DNA of 64,000 nt, taken from positions 136,095 through 200,094 of the IMG/VR virus record IMGVR_UViG_3300047382_000771; one strand, given 5' to 3'. Positions within the stretch are counted from its first letter, which is position 1. Each line of letters starts with the position of its first letter. The notes below the pieces were generated by a model, which saw nothing but the letters and a program-made list of their open reading frames with translations, made no database searches and was not told the origin of the DNA. Shown in pieces: positions 39,905 through 48,193 of the stretch. The position numbers and the translations under genes were made by a program. Source of the DNA: a virus. Taxonomy: Duplodnaviria > Caudoviricetes.

Positions 39905-41542
39905 TTACCCTATTAGTATTGACACTCCAGCTCCGTTAGCTAAACCGTTTCCAAATGCTCTGAAATTTTGTCCAGCTGGTACAGTTAATGAACTTCCGAC
40001 TGCACCGCCATTAAGACCTGTTGCTCCACCACTTGTTATTGTTATAGCTGCCCCAGTGCAATTTAAAAATGTAGCATGCCAACCTTCTCCGTAACTCGCA
40101 TTAAACCCTACGCTAGTGACTCCAGCGTCTAGACGCACGACTTTAGCCAACATAGTACCATTTGCGGTAAAGTTGCCGCTCTGCACCATAAAATCAGGCC
40201 TTTTTGAGAAAAGTGGCTGAAGAATGCCTTTTTGTTTGAAAAAGAATGTTCCATTACCCAAGTCAAATAAAGCTTGCCCGTCTTCAACAAAATCACCAAT
40301 AGTAGTACCTGCTACATTTACCCAACTTTGGTTTGTAGCATCGTATTGAAATGTTTCGTTTGTTTCAATATTAAATACGAGATCATTGGTTGCTGCATCG
40401 GCAAATGCCGCACCTTGCTGAGCAATAAATAATTCAGTCCAAGAACATCTTGGTTGAGATCTTGCAACTAGTCCCCATCTGCATGGGTTTTGAAATCTAG
40501 CCATAGTAGCTTGTGGTACTGTAGCTAACCTAGTGGCCATAGACACGTTACTTGCAAGACTATTAGCTGCCTGAGTTAAATCTATACTCATATATCCAAC
40601 CCATGATGGATCATCATCAGGCGGGACAGTAGCTACATTATATGCAACCCATACTTCAATTTGATTTGATTTTCTTGATACTTTAAATGCGTCACCGTTT
40701 GGATAATAGGTCTGCCAACGTTGACTACTACTATATGGTACCGTGCTTTCTGCTTCCGCAAGCCAAGATTCATTGGATTTATTAAAATTATAACAAACAC
40801 CCCATCGATATGCCGCCCCGTCTCTGCTAGTACCCTTAGTATTTGACCTAATAATACTAAGAGTTTCATCAGATCCAGTGGATTGATCTAGAGCTATAAC
40901 AAATCCAATGGCATCATCTTCGTCAGCACTTCTTGCTATAAGTCTAGCTTCGTAACCACTGTAAAAATCTTGACTAGCAAAACCTACTGCATATTGAGTA
41001 TTTGTTGGTTGAGTAATGTTTCCATTTCCATCTATAGACCAACCTTGTTCTCCAGAAGGGGAATTGTGATCATCATTTAAATAATGACTAAACCTATAAA
41101 AATTATCTAAAATATCTTGGAATGATATGTAAATCGCAGTCTGATTAAAGATAACTTCAGGAGCACCTCTTCCAGCCAAAGCTTTTTGAAGAAAAGGTTT
41201 ATTTACTAGATTAGTACCATTTGTACCCTCGTAAATTAAATGTTCTCCAGCATCTGTGTTTGTGGGAATTGCAAATACAGGTTGACCGCCAATTGTTGGG
41301 GGATTATTTGTGGTATATGTAACTGTTGTGTTTCCAGCTGAGTTGATTGTATTAATCGTATCACCAAGTTGGGTTTGAACAGTTGGATCCGTAAGAGCTT
41401 CTTTTACAATTTCACCTACGGTTGCAGATACTGTTTGGTTTGCACCGCCCGCACTTCTTGCTACAGGAATTAAATCCCCTGGAAGTATTGTTATACTCGC
41501 TCCTGACGCGGAAGTAAGTTGTCTTATAGTCTGGAATGACAT
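39905..41542 (-). CDS. Tail fibre/adhesin with a lectin-like central domain
   Basis: N-terminal TIRQL...GDLIPVAR anchor; central EDDAIGFVIAL segment. Confidence 0.6.
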   Translation of the reverse strand: MSFQTIRQLTSASGASITILPGDLIPVARSAGGANQTVSATVGEIVKEALTDPTVQTQLGDTINTINSAGNTTVTYTTNNPPTIGGQPVFAIPTNTDAGEHLIYEGTNGTNLVNKPFLQKALAGRGAPEVIFNQTAIYISFQDILDNFYRFSHYLNDDHNSPSGEQGWSIDGNGNITQPTNTQYAVGFASQDFYSGYEARLIARSADEDDAIGFVIALDQSTGSDETLSIIRSNTKGTSRDGAAYRWGVCYNFNKSNESWLAEAESTVPYSSSQRWQTYYPNGDAFKVSRKSNQIEVWVAYNVATVPPDDDPSWVGYMSIDLTQAANSLASNVSMATRLATVPQATMARFQNPCRWGLVARSQPRCSWTELFIAQQGAAFADAATNDLVFNIETNETFQYDATNQSWVNVAGTTIGDFVEDGQALFDLGNGTFFFKQKGILQPLFSKRPDFMVQSGNFTANGTMLAKVVRLDAGVTSVGFNASYGEGWHATFLNCTGAAITITSGGATGLNGGAVGSSLTVPAGQNFRAFGNGLANGAGVSILIG

Positions 41543-41559
41543 TATTTAAAAATTCGGGG

Positions 41560-42534
41560 CTATTTAGTTTTTTTCTTCTTATATCCAGATTCTGCTGGAG
41601 TATGAGTATAACCCATTTTTTTGTATTTCAAGTGCTCCTCTTGACTTTTAGCTTTGTAGGCTTTTCCAGTTTTGGGGTCATACATGTCATGAGGCTTGAA
41701 AGCTTTAGCTTTTTCGTCCATCTCGTCATGGTCGCCACAATCACTTGCTTTACCCTTTTTTTCTAAAATCTTTTTTTGTATAGCGGGAGGTAAACTTTTT
41801 TGCTCTTTTGTTAGGCTGTCTTTTTTTTCGTCGCCTTTTTCATCTTCAGCTTTAGATTTCTTATCTTTACTGGATTTTTGGGCTTTCTTTAAAGCTTTAG
41901 GGTCTGGGTAATCTTTATCACCTGGTTTTGCAGGTTTGTAGTTTTTACCTTCACGTTTCTTTTTGTCACGGATATTCTCCCATAAGCCCTTTTTGGCATC
42001 AGACTCTTTTTCTTCCTCCTTGGAATCCTTAGAATCTTTCTTGTCTTTTGAACCGCCCTTTTTGCTTTTTTCAATTTTTTCTTGAATAGCTGGAGGCAAT
42101 TTTTTTTGCTTTTCTGAAAGTTCTGCTCCACTCTCATCTAAAAAGTCTGCCATCTCATCTTCTAAGTCAGCTTCTCCTTTAGTCACACTTTTCACACTTT
42201 TCTTACTCCACATTTTGCAACTCCAGTATTTAGCCTTAGTCTTGGGCCCAGGATTATCGCAACCATGACGGGCACGAAAACTTCGGCGGCGTGCAGGATC
42301 ATCACGTTTAATTTCCATGTTGGGGTCACCAAAGTTTACTTTTACTACATTGCCCTTCTCGTTTTTCACATATACGGAAAACTTCTTTGGCCCACCTGAA
42401 GTCCTAAAAGGTTTGTTTAGTTTTTTTCCTTTTTTTTCTTCTTTTGCCCAGGATTCTGCGTTAATTTCTTCTTCATTACCCTCGCTTGCGAGTAATTGAA
42501 GTCTAATTTGTTCTGTAAAATCTAGTTCTTCCAT
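41560..42534 (-). CDS. Highly charged mosaic protein; first gene of the leftward late region
   Basis: Modules KLNKPFRT...RARHGCDNPGPKTKAKYWSCKMW, 2x LPPAIQ(E/K)KI, KGLWENIRDKK and FKPHDMYDPKTGK. Confidence 0.8.
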   Translation of the reverse strand: MEELDFTEQIRLQLLASEGNEEEINAESWAKEEKKGKKLNKPFRTSGGPKKFSVYVKNEKGNVVKVNFGDPNMEIKRDDPARRRSFRARHGCDNPGPKTKAKYWSCKMWSKKSVKSVTKGEADLEDEMADFLDESGAELSEKQKKLPPAIQEKIEKSKKGGSKDKKDSKDSKEEEKESDAKKGLWENIRDKKKREGKNYKPAKPGDKDYPDPKALKKAQKSSKDKKSKAEDEKGDEKKDSLTKEQKSLPPAIQKKILEKKGKASDCGDHDEMDEKAKAFKPHDMYDPKTGKAYKAKSQEEHLKYKKMGYTHTPAESGYKKKKTK

Positions 42535-42776
42535 TTTTTTTTAATTTGGTGATTTATTAATATTACACTTATTATAAACTTTGTACTAGTTATTTTTCTA
42601 GTTTTATTTTATAGCCTCCAAATTTTTTTCGATTAAGCAAATATTTGAAAGTATACTTGTTTATTTTGAGAATGAGAAATACCACCCCCCGCCGCTATTT
42701 GAAAAGACCTATTAGTGATTTATTCAAAAAATGGGGTGGGTAGCAATAATTAATTTAAAAAAAAAGTTCAATTAGC

Positions 42777-42811
42777 TTGACTCGACCCCCCTGTTTTGCT
42801 ACCTTATATAT
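42777..42811 (+). promoter_or_regulatory. Sigma70-type early promoter, leaderless
   Basis: TTGACT-17-TACCTT-6 nt-ATG(42812). Confidence 0.7.
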
Positions 42812-43030
42812 ATGACAGTTAAAGATATAAAGTTCGAAATTCAATCACTAAAGCGCCGACTTGTTTCTGATCATTACGATCATGAAAAGCATACCTTTGT
42901 TCCTGCTGAAGGAAAAACTAGAGATTGGATCTTGTCAGCGATTGACGAATACACAAAGATGCTACCACGTGCGAGCTATGATGACGACGTGCGCCGTTAT
43001 GGTTGGAAAAGTGTTGAAAGAAATGCCTAA
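42812..43030 (+). CDS. Early hypothetical protein
   Basis: 72-aa ORF directly after a promoter. Confidence 0.7.
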   Translation: MTVKDIKFEIQSLKRRLVSDHYDHEKHTFVPAEGKTRDWILSAIDEYTKMLPRASYDDDVRRYGWKSVERNA

Positions 43031-43072
43031 AAAGCTTGACTCGCACGCCTTAAAACGTTAACTTACTTATAT

Positions 43073-43264
43073 ATGAAAATCAAAAACGGATCAATCTATC
43101 ATAGCAAAACAAATAATAAAGCCGTGCGAGTTGTTCGCGCACATCAAGACGAGCAAATTGCATACGTCAAACACCACGAACAAACGCAAATCGAAACAGA
43201 GGTTTTCTTCTCTGACTTACAGCCCGCAACAAAAATGCAAGTAAAACTTTACTTGGGTCGATAA
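43073..43264 (+). CDS. Early hypothetical protein
   Basis: 63-aa ORF after TTGACT(43036)-17-TAACTT. Confidence 0.7.
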   Translation: MKIKNGSIYHSKTNNKAVRVVRAHQDEQIAYVKHHEQTQIETEVFFSDLQPATKMQVKLYLGR

Positions 43265-43333
43265 TCATGTTAATAGCAGAATTCATCTTGGGCATAGTAG
43301 TAACATTAATTTTAGTTTCAAAAGGATAAGAAA

Positions 43334-43642
43334 ATGAGAAAAGTAACACAACAAATCAAGGAAGCTTTCGAGCAAGGCAAATCTTTAAAAGTAGGTAATA
43401 CCAAGACAGACGGCAAGACTGTTTGGTTGCATGGCAACGCTATTGTTAAGCGTGATCCTGACGGGCTTGTCAGGTGGTCGCTTGCGGGATGGAATACCCC
43501 CACCACACGCGAACGCGTCAATGGTATAGCAAATGCAGGAGTTTGTCAATATAAATTCGAGCCTGTGTTAAATGGTCAAGAAATTGACTCATCCGATTGG
43601 TTCGCCTGTAATACCACATTGCCTGATCCTCTCATTTTCTAA
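43334..43642 (+). CDS. Early hypothetical protein
   Basis: 102-aa ORF (WLHGNAI...LAGWNTPTTRERVN) ending just before repeat 1. Confidence 0.75.
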   Translation: MRKVTQQIKEAFEQGKSLKVGNTKTDGKTVWLHGNAIVKRDPDGLVRWSLAGWNTPTTRERVNGIANAGVCQYKFEPVLNGQEIDSSDWFACNTTLPDPLIF

Positions 43643-43655
43643 CAAAAGCCTTACC

Positions 43656-43721
43656 TAAGTGCTTGACTATCAGGCACTTAGGCGGGCCCGCCCGCATAAG
43701 TCGTTGGTATTCAATGACTTA
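43656..43721. repeat. Double-palindrome element, copy 1
   Basis: TAAGTGCTTGACTATCAGGCACTTA + GGCGGGCCCGCCCGCA + TAAGTCGTTGGTATTCAATGACTTA. Confidence 0.95.
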
Positions 43722-43837
43722 TGAAACATCCGTACAAACATCGCGCCAATTCACATGGTCGGATAGTGCAATAAAATAGTTGCTAGATAATTGCGAATAA
43801 ATTTGACTTTAGCTATAATTTCCCTTAGTTTATATAT

Positions 43838-44188
43838 ATGAAATCATTATATAACACAGACACACAAGAATTCACTTTTAACTTTATCATGGGCATCGAT
43901 GGTACATCCTACCGAGTCGAAGCGGTAGCTTGTCAAGATGATATCCTATTGAATGATCAGTATCGCGCCGAATACATCGACGTTTACATGGCTAAATTGA
44001 CTGAGGAGAAAACAGGTGAATTGACCGAATCAAACACCTACAAGAACACAGATCTTTTAAAGGTTGTAAGCGATAAGCTCACAGAAAGGTTAATCACTAA
44101 TGCAAGCAAAACATGGTTTGTGACTGATGCGCCAAGACTTTTCCTTGAGCAATTGGACACTTGTTTAGAAATAATGTTTGATAAATAA
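43838..44188 (+). CDS. Early hypothetical protein
   Basis: 116 aa; TTGACT(43803)-17-TAGTTT-6-ATG. Confidence 0.75.
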   Translation: MKSLYNTDTQEFTFNFIMGIDGTSYRVEAVACQDDILLNDQYRAEYIDVYMAKLTEEKTGELTESNTYKNTDLLKVVSDKLTERLITNASKTWFVTDAPRLFLEQLDTCLEIMFDK

Positions 44189-44234
44189 TTGTTTTAGTGT
44201 TGACTCAAGCAAGCCGATAATCTACCTTATACAT

Positions 44235-44570
44235 ATGAATATAACAAATATAACATTCTCAAAAATCGATCACAAACTAATCACAGCACATCTATCCTTT
44301 GCTGATGCTAATCATGAGTATGGAACTATACGTGCCGAAGGTGTATCTCGCAAGCAGTGCATATATAACTTATGCAAGGAGGGCAAGTTGCCGTGGAAGT
44401 TGTTTGGCGCAGCTCGCGCGATGGCAATGCGTCACACCGACCCCAGGTTTCCCAGGGTTAGTAGTAGCAGAGAAGACGACAGACTCGCAGACATCTGCGA
44501 CGATCTGAATTGCTCGGTTAGTGAAGCTCGCCACTTTCAGGAGACAGGCGAACACCCCGTAAATTGGTAA
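44235..44570 (+). CDS. Early hypothetical protein
   Basis: Start re-assigned to MNITNI; TTGACT(44200)-17-TACCTT-6-ATG. Confidence 0.7.
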   Translation: MNITNITFSKIDHKLITAHLSFADANHEYGTIRAEGVSRKQCIYNLCKEGKLPWKLFGAARAMAMRHTDPRFPRVSSSREDDRLADICDDLNCSVSEARHFQETGEHPVNW

Positions 44571-44579
44571 AAGTTTGCC

Positions 44580-44645
44580 TAAGTGCTTGACTATCAGGCA
44601 CTTATGCGGGCCCGCCCGCGTAAGTCGTTGGTATTCAACGACTTA
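44580..44645. repeat. Double-palindrome element, copy 2
   Basis: TAAGTGCTTGACTATCAGGCACTTA + 16 nt GC spacer + TAAGTCGTTGGTATTCAACGACTTA. Confidence 0.95.
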
Positions 44646-44764
44646 TGTAAAAATCGCTATAACGCGGCTTTTAGCCCGTGTCAAGATTATTTGGTAAAAA
44701 ATAAATCACAATTAAACATCTTTTTTCTTGCTATGTATTAGTATATCCCTTATGTTGTATATAT

Positions 44765-45004
44765 ATGACAGATAATTACGATTCACTCGACCGCCTCGCT
44801 CACGCCTCAGGGATGACTGACCTTGAATATGAAGCTCAACAAAAAGAGCTTGCTCGCCTTGCTCGTTTCGACAAAATCATCGAAGACGTTAGGGACAGCG
44901 ATGAGCCTGCTGAAATGCCTGAGGTTCATCGCAACCATGAAGAGCCTAGCATAGACGCTTATGATGACTATGACTATGGCTACCATGACCAATACGAGCA
45001 ATAA
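44765..45004 (+). CDS. Early acidic hypothetical protein
   Basis: 79 aa; TTGCTA(44728)-17-TATGTT-8-ATG. Confidence 0.7.
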   Translation: MTDNYDSLDRLAHASGMTDLEYEAQQKELARLARFDKIIEDVRDSDEPAEMPEVHRNHEEPSIDAYDDYDYGYHDQYEQ

Positions 45005-45009
45005 GCTCG

Positions 45010-45076
45010 TAAGTCGTTGGTTATCAGCCCTTTATGCAGGGCGGCCCGCCATAAGCCGTTGAATACCAAGGACTTA
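45010..45076. repeat. Double-palindrome element, copy 3 (opposite orientation to copies 1-2)
   Basis: TAAGTCGTTGGTTATCAGCCCTTTA + TGCAGGGCGGCCCGCCA + TAAGCCGTTGAATACCAAGGACTTA. Confidence 0.95.
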
Positions 45077-45182
45077 TGTAAAAACTTCTATAGCGCGGGC
45101 TTAGTCCCGTGTCAAGATTATTTGATGGAAAATAAAACACAATTATGTTTGACATTCGCCCTCAAATATAGGATAGTAAGGT

Positions 45183-45371
45183 ATGACAAAAATTAAAGAA
45201 CCATTCAATAAAGGCGATGTTCTTATATCGCGCGACAATCAAATACTGCAATACCAGGGCGAGTTCAATCATCCCGAGCTTGGTCTAATAGCTGAAGTGC
45301 GTATCTATCGTACAGATCGCATAGTAGGCATTCGTTTCGAGGATGTAAAACTTCACCCGTTTTTCGCATGA
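45183..45371 (+). CDS. Early hypothetical protein
   Basis: 62 aa; TTGACA(45149)-17-GATAGT-5-ATG. Confidence 0.65.
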   Translation: MTKIKEPFNKGDVLISRDNQILQYQGEFNHPELGLIAEVRIYRTDRIVGIRFEDVKLHPFFA

Positions 45372-45583
45372 GTGAACGCGAACCATATCCTCAACTTGAC
45401 TGCGCTCTTGCTATGAGTAAGGCTCGTGGTAATCTTAACTTTCTTCTAAATAGAACAAAAGAAGAATGGAGCGAAACCTTTACTACGGCAGAAGCCATAA
45501 GGGATGCTCATGCCGCGCTTGACCAAGCTCAAAAAGAATACAAAAAAGTCTTGACTCTACTAACAAACTCTAATACATTGTAA
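45368..45583 (+). CDS. Early hypothetical protein
   Basis: 71 aa; ATGA overlap with the upstream gene. Confidence 0.65.
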   Translation: MSEREPYPQLDCALAMSKARGNLNFLLNRTKEEWSETFTTAEAIRDAHAALDQAQKEYKKVLTLLTNSNTL

Positions 45584-45587
45584 ACAT

Positions 45588-45773
45588 ATGATCTCAATCA
45601 AAAAAAATCAAAACTTCTCTAATTGGTTTCAAGTATTCGCTTTCGGTAAAATGATAGACGAATTCAGTCGCAGAAGCAAGGCGGTGCGTCGTGCTGAAGA
45701 ATTAGCGATACAAGCAAACCAAAAATACATCAATGTCGAAGGACTTGCACAAAAAATTAAATATGGCAACTAA
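45588..45773 (+). CDS. Early hypothetical protein
   Basis: 61 aa; TTGACT(45551)-17-TACATT-8-ATG. Confidence 0.65.
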   Translation: MISIKKNQNFSNWFQVFAFGKMIDEFSRRSKAVRRAEELAIQANQKYINVEGLAQKIKYGN

Positions 45774-45972
45774 AAAACTCGTACTCACCACAATATCCCA
45801 AGGCAAGATTGCCGTTGTAGAAAGTGCCGAAAGGGCAGATGACAAGAGGGGAGAAAGATACATAAGCGAAGATTGCTTGGCTGTCAATCTTAAAAACGGA
45901 GCGTTTACTGACATTACCGCAACAGGTGCAAACCCCGAAGGTAGATTGTATATGTTCACCGAAGATATGTAA
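45763..45972 (+). CDS. Early hypothetical protein
   Basis: Likely start MATKKL. Its TAA stop is the first three bases of repeat copy 4. Confidence 0.6.
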   Translation: MATKKLVLTTISQGKIAVVESAERADDKRGERYISEDCLAVNLKNGAFTDITATGANPEGRLYMFTEDM

Positions 45973-46036
45973 GTCGTTGATTATCAAGCCCTTAGGCGGG
46001 GCGGCCCGCCATAAGTCGTTGACTTACAGGGGTTTA
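45970..46036. repeat. Double-palindrome element, copy 4 (at the convergence of plus and minus early genes)
   Basis: TAAGTCGTTGATTATCAAGCCCTTA + GGCGGGGCGGCCCGCCA + TAAGTCGTTGACTTACAGGGGTTTA. Confidence 0.95.
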
Positions 46037-46041
46037 TGTAA

Positions 46042-46269
46042 TTAATCTTCCAAGAGCAACTCATCAAGTGCATTGATGTCAAGATCGGGATCGTTGTAGC
46101 TCGCCCCGTCAGGAGTCTGAAATGTTTCCATTTCTTCCAAACGATCTGCAAAATCAACATACCTCACACATCTGCGAGCTAACTTGTAAAGCAATTCGTC
46201 ATTAGATAACCAAAGTGCAACATTCCAAGTTGCCCAATTTTTCCATCCGTGATATGTTGTATCTGTCAT
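46042..46269 (-). CDS. Early hypothetical protein
   Basis: 75 aa; YHGWKNWATWNVALWL motif, which I recall from aquatic phages (not verified). Confidence 0.7.
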   Translation of the reverse strand: MTDTTYHGWKNWATWNVALWLSNDELLYKLARRCVRYVDFADRLEEMETFQTPDGASYNDPDLDINALDELLLED

Positions 46270-46271
46270 AA

Positions 46272-46475
46272 TTAACTTTCTTTAAATTCTTTTATAATTT
46301 GCTCCATTTGTGAAAGTACAGATTTTTTGTTTCCTTTGAATCCGTATTGTTCTTTAATGATTGAATATGCTGATTGACCTCTTCTCTTCATTCCGACGCA
46401 CTCCATTTTGAGAGCGGATCTGAGACTGAGAAATCGAAACATATCTTGTTTTTCGGGTGTGTCTAATGTAATCAT
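46272..46475 (-). CDS. Early hypothetical protein
   Basis: 67 aa; TTGACA-17-TAGATT-6-ATG. Confidence 0.7.
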   Translation of the reverse strand: MITLDTPEKQDMFRFLSLRSALKMECVGMKRRGQSAYSIIKEQYGFKGNKKSVLSQMEQIIKEFKES

Positions 46476-46506
46476 AATAATAATCTAGTTCAGTTTGTTT
46501 TGTTTG

Positions 46507-46746
46507 TCAAGCTACTTCAGCCAAATCCTTTGCCAATGCTTTTTCTGCATCCACCTGCTGTTGTAGTAAGTTGAGTTTGTTGAGTAAACCTTTGTAGCCG
46601 ATATAGTCGCCACGAAAGTGACCCTTCCAAACCCCGTCAACTCTTTGGAATGTAACATCCCAAGCAGATTTATAGTCATAAGTTCTTAGCAAGCCATTTG
46701 GCAAGCGCTCGAAGTAGAATTCTTTTCCGTTGTCTTTAATTGTCAT
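46507..46746 (-). CDS. Early hypothetical protein
   Basis: 79 aa; TTGCTA-17-TAGTGT-6-ATG. Confidence 0.7.
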   Translation of the reverse strand: MTIKDNGKEFYFERLPNGLLRTYDYKSAWDVTFQRVDGVWKGHFRGDYIGYKGLLNKLNLLQQQVDAEKALAKDLAEVA

Positions 46747-46811
46747 ACCAACACACTAAGGCATCTAACTAACTATAGCAAGAAAAAACTTCAATAAAAA
46801 AAAGATTGTTC

Positions 46812-46878
46812 TAAGTCGTTGAATGTTAACGGTTTACGCAAGGCGGCCCGCCGTAAGTCGTTGACTTACAGGGGCTTA
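46812..46878. repeat. Double-palindrome element, copy 5
   Basis: TAAGTCGTTGAATGTTAACGGTTTA + 17 nt GC spacer + TAAGTCGTTGACTTACAGGGGCTTA. Confidence 0.95.
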
Positions 46879-46883
46879 TGAAA

Positions 46884-47612
46884 TTAATGGGCTAAGTAAG
46901 CAATGCCTTTCTTGCATCCTTTGATGAAGCATAAGTTGCAATTATGGGCTTGACAAGTTGCAAGAATCTTGCCGTCCTCACCTTTAACATAAGTTGCGGG
47001 GCAAACAAAATGTCCGTCTTGCTCGGCTTGCTCTTTGCTAGTATAAACCGAAGTGCCTGCGTCAAGCCCGTCTACTTGAGGGGCTGGCTCGTCAACATAG
47101 ATTGCGCTCGGCTTAATGCAAACATTTTTAAGACTAGCTAACTTTTGCAAGTGTGGAAGTTGAGAGTCGCGTTTCCATTCTCTAGTTGGAAACCAAAATT
47201 TAATAGTTGGAAATTGCTCGCAAATTCTAACCCATGCAGAAATATACCTGGGGGAAAAGAGGTCGCCTGAATCATGAACGCGAAACAAATCCGTGTTTGT
47301 CTTTTTGAGTTTTTTCTTGTTGCCATGCTTGTCGAAATACTTTGCGCGAATTTGTTTGCACATTGCATTAACAAAAGTGTCTCCATTGTCTTGATGTAAA
47401 GACTTTGTAATGAGATCCGCCTTGCCTTGCAAGCTTGCCTTGACATTGGAAAACATATAAAAACCTTTGCAAGCATAGCAAGAATCGCAAATGAATTTCT
47501 TGCCCGCTTCTTTAATCTTTGCTAATAGCTGCGCGGCAGGGCAATACTTGAAAGCAGGAATGTTGAACGAATAGCAAGGCATCTTGCTCGGGTTGGATAA
47601 TAAGTTAATCAT
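46884..47612 (-). CDS. Gp88-like protein (Cys-rich, radical-SAM-related fold)
   Basis: SKMPCYSFNIPA..CP...CDSCYA...FRVHDSGD...KFWFPTRE...C..HNCNLC; TTGTGT-17-TAATGT-6-ATG. Confidence 0.75.
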   Translation of the reverse strand: MINLLSNPSKMPCYSFNIPAFKYCPAAQLLAKIKEAGKKFICDSCYACKGFYMFSNVKASLQGKADLITKSLHQDNGDTFVNAMCKQIRAKYFDKHGNKKKLKKTNTDLFRVHDSGDLFSPRYISAWVRICEQFPTIKFWFPTREWKRDSQLPHLQKLASLKNVCIKPSAIYVDEPAPQVDGLDAGTSVYTSKEQAEQDGHFVCPATYVKGEDGKILATCQAHNCNLCFIKGCKKGIAYLAH

Positions 47613-47677
47613 AAGAATACATTACCACCGAACTTAACTAAACACAAGAAAAAAGTGAATTAAAATAAAAGTTGTCA

Positions 47678-47744
47678 TAAGTCCTTGGTAGTCAAGCACT
47701 TACGCGGGGCCGCCCGCCATAAGCCGTTGAGTATCAACGACTTA
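47678..47744. repeat. Double-palindrome element, copy 6
   Basis: TAAGTCCTTGGTAGTCAAGCACTTA + CGCGGGGCCGCCCGCCA + TAAGCCGTTGAGTATCAACGACTTA. Confidence 0.95.
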
Positions 47745-47896
47745 CGGGGTTTCTTATCCGCGTCCCGCTAAAAGGGTGAGTTCTTATTTACCTGAACTCT
47801 ATTTCGTCCCTGTCGCTGAACATACATTCAAACATAAGAAAGAAAGCAAAAAAGGTTGGCATGAGAAAGAATAAATAAACAAAAAATTCTAATATA

Positions 47897-48172
47897 CTAT
47901 CCATTGTAGACTCCTTTCATTTGGTCAGATATACCTAAGCCCATGAAGTTGTCTTCTTCGTCAATGTCTTCGGCATTTGGGGAATGCTTTAACAATGAGG
48001 ACTCATCTTCAATGTCTGACTTTTGCGCGTCTAGTAAACCATGCTCGCCCAAAACCTCTTGAGACTTAATCTCTGAGACGAAATCCTCAAGGGAAGTTTT
48101 AAGACCAAGACCCTTGGAGTCTTGGACGGCGTGCTTAATGATGGCGATTCTTTGATCTTCTGTTAATGTCAT
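47897..48172 (-). CDS. Early hypothetical protein
   Basis: 91 aa; TTGACT-17-TACCTT-6-ATG. Confidence 0.7.
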   Translation of the reverse strand: MTLTEDQRIAIIKHAVQDSKGLGLKTSLEDFVSEIKSQEVLGEHGLLDAQKSDIEDESSLLKHSPNAEDIDEEDNFMGLGISDQMKGVYNG

Positions 48173-48193
48173 AATAATAAGGTAATCTAGTTT

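Noticed and set aside
34581-41542. Diversity-generating retroelement or shufflon behind the paralogous fibres
   Set aside because: No reverse transcriptase, invertase, or near-identical TR/VR nucleotide pair was seen in this window.
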